Under the pieces are notes generated by a model. The model was given only the letters and a program-made list of their open reading frames with translations. It was not told the origin of the DNA and searched no databases. Of a stretch of DNA of 64,000 nt, positions 63,197 through 64,000 are shown one piece after another. Source of the stretch: an uncultured delta proteobacterium (GTDB taxonomy: Bacteria > Desulfobacterota > Desulfobacteria > Desulfobacterales > JAFDCJ01); assembly GCA_963769935.1 (NCBI GenBank), contig CAVYNY010000011.1, positions 256,001 through 320,000 on the forward strand, in the 5' to 3' direction. The position numbers and the translations under genes were made by a program. Each line of letters opens with the position of its first letter. The stretch's first letter is position 1.

Positions 63197-64000
63197 TTAT
63201 TCATTTTCACTCACATATATTTGTTGACGGCCTATTGATTTTTTCCTAAACTCCCGCACATTCAACGCCTTCCATTCGAGCAGCGGGTGCCTTCTGATAC
63301 GATCCTGCAAATCCTCATCGGCCGTCAATAATTCTGGGCGGACTTCACCCCTTGTCCAACAATCGATCCAGGAATTCCATTTCCGTCGCCGTGAAAGGGA
63401 GCAATGCCGCCAGGCCATGAAGACAGTCGTTGATGAGTCTTTTTTTAAAAGAAGCGGCGCTTATTGGGTCTGCACCTTCTGAGCGCAACATCGGAAGGAG
63501 CTTTTGTTCGAAATCCTTGATTTCCAGGTCACATCCTCTATGGCGACAGTCCGCCAATTCCTTTGATCCATAGCGCCATAGAGGACAAACGCCAAACGCA
63601 GCCGCCCCGGCTGAAGCGTGCCGGTGCGGAAAAGATGGCTGCAATCGAATAGATCCCTTGCCTGCTTTCGCGAAAGAAGCGCTGCGAGTTTTCCCGCCGC
63701 TAGTTCATGGATATCCAGCACCTGAATGTCAGTTGCCTGCCAAACGCCGACCGGCCGCGAGACCATGACCCTCAGGCGGCCACAAGGGGATACGGAACAT
63801 AAAGTTGACATCTACTTCAAGGATGCCCCCTTGCCCGCTCGCACCCTGATAGCGAAGCTGCCATTTCCCACCGGCATGTTCGCCGGGCATGCGCCTGACT
63901 GTAAACTCTTCACGGGAGAATACCGCCTGCAACGCCGTCTCGACCTTGGGGCGTTCCGCAAGCATGACCTCTCGATCAGACGCACCCACATAATTCAGAT
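63197..64000 (-). pseudogene. AbiEii-family nucleotidyltransferase toxin, multiply frameshifted; runs off the right edge
   Basis: DLNYVG, EHAGGKW, LEVDVNF, ELAAGKLAALL.R..ARDLFD, HPLLEWKALN spread over four ORF fragments with at least three frame changes. Confidence 0.8.

Overview
Bacterial chromosomal window, most likely from a Desulfobacterales-like deltaproteobacterium (inferred from gene content and intergenic repeat style). It is mostly housekeeping and metabolic genes: ctpA-envC-ftsX-ftsE-TolC, queD, dnaJ, two moeA, a DEAD-box helicase, ilvD, an Emr-type efflux operon and hrpB, with decayed toxin-antitoxin and transposase remnants at the right end. Two regions stand out. (1) A pyrrolysine (Pyl) locus at 27.4-32.7 kb: a dimethylamine methyltransferase mtbB with an in-frame TAG at the Pyl position, its corrinoid partner mtbC, a divergent tRNA-Pyl(CUA), and split pylSc/pylSn. 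The pylBCD biosynthesis genes normally found between pylSc and pylSn are absent, and a stand-alone homocysteine S-methyltransferase follows. (2) An unannotated ~430-bp tandem duplication at 16.5-17.4 kb. Each unit has three palindromic enhancer-like sites, a consensus sigma-54 promoter and a ~75-85 nt terminated transcript that is antisense to an 'AAGGAGG-N7-ATG-(N/K)KLLG' translation-start sequence, i.e. a candidate pair of sigma-54-dependent antisense sRNAs. Also present: a 95-bp MITE-like element in four copies, other modular intergenic repeats, an anthraniloyl-CoA monooxygenase-like gene, and a membrane-anchored TIR protein. Several single-base frameshifts suggest residual assembly errors. 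All calls come from reading motifs; no database search was run.
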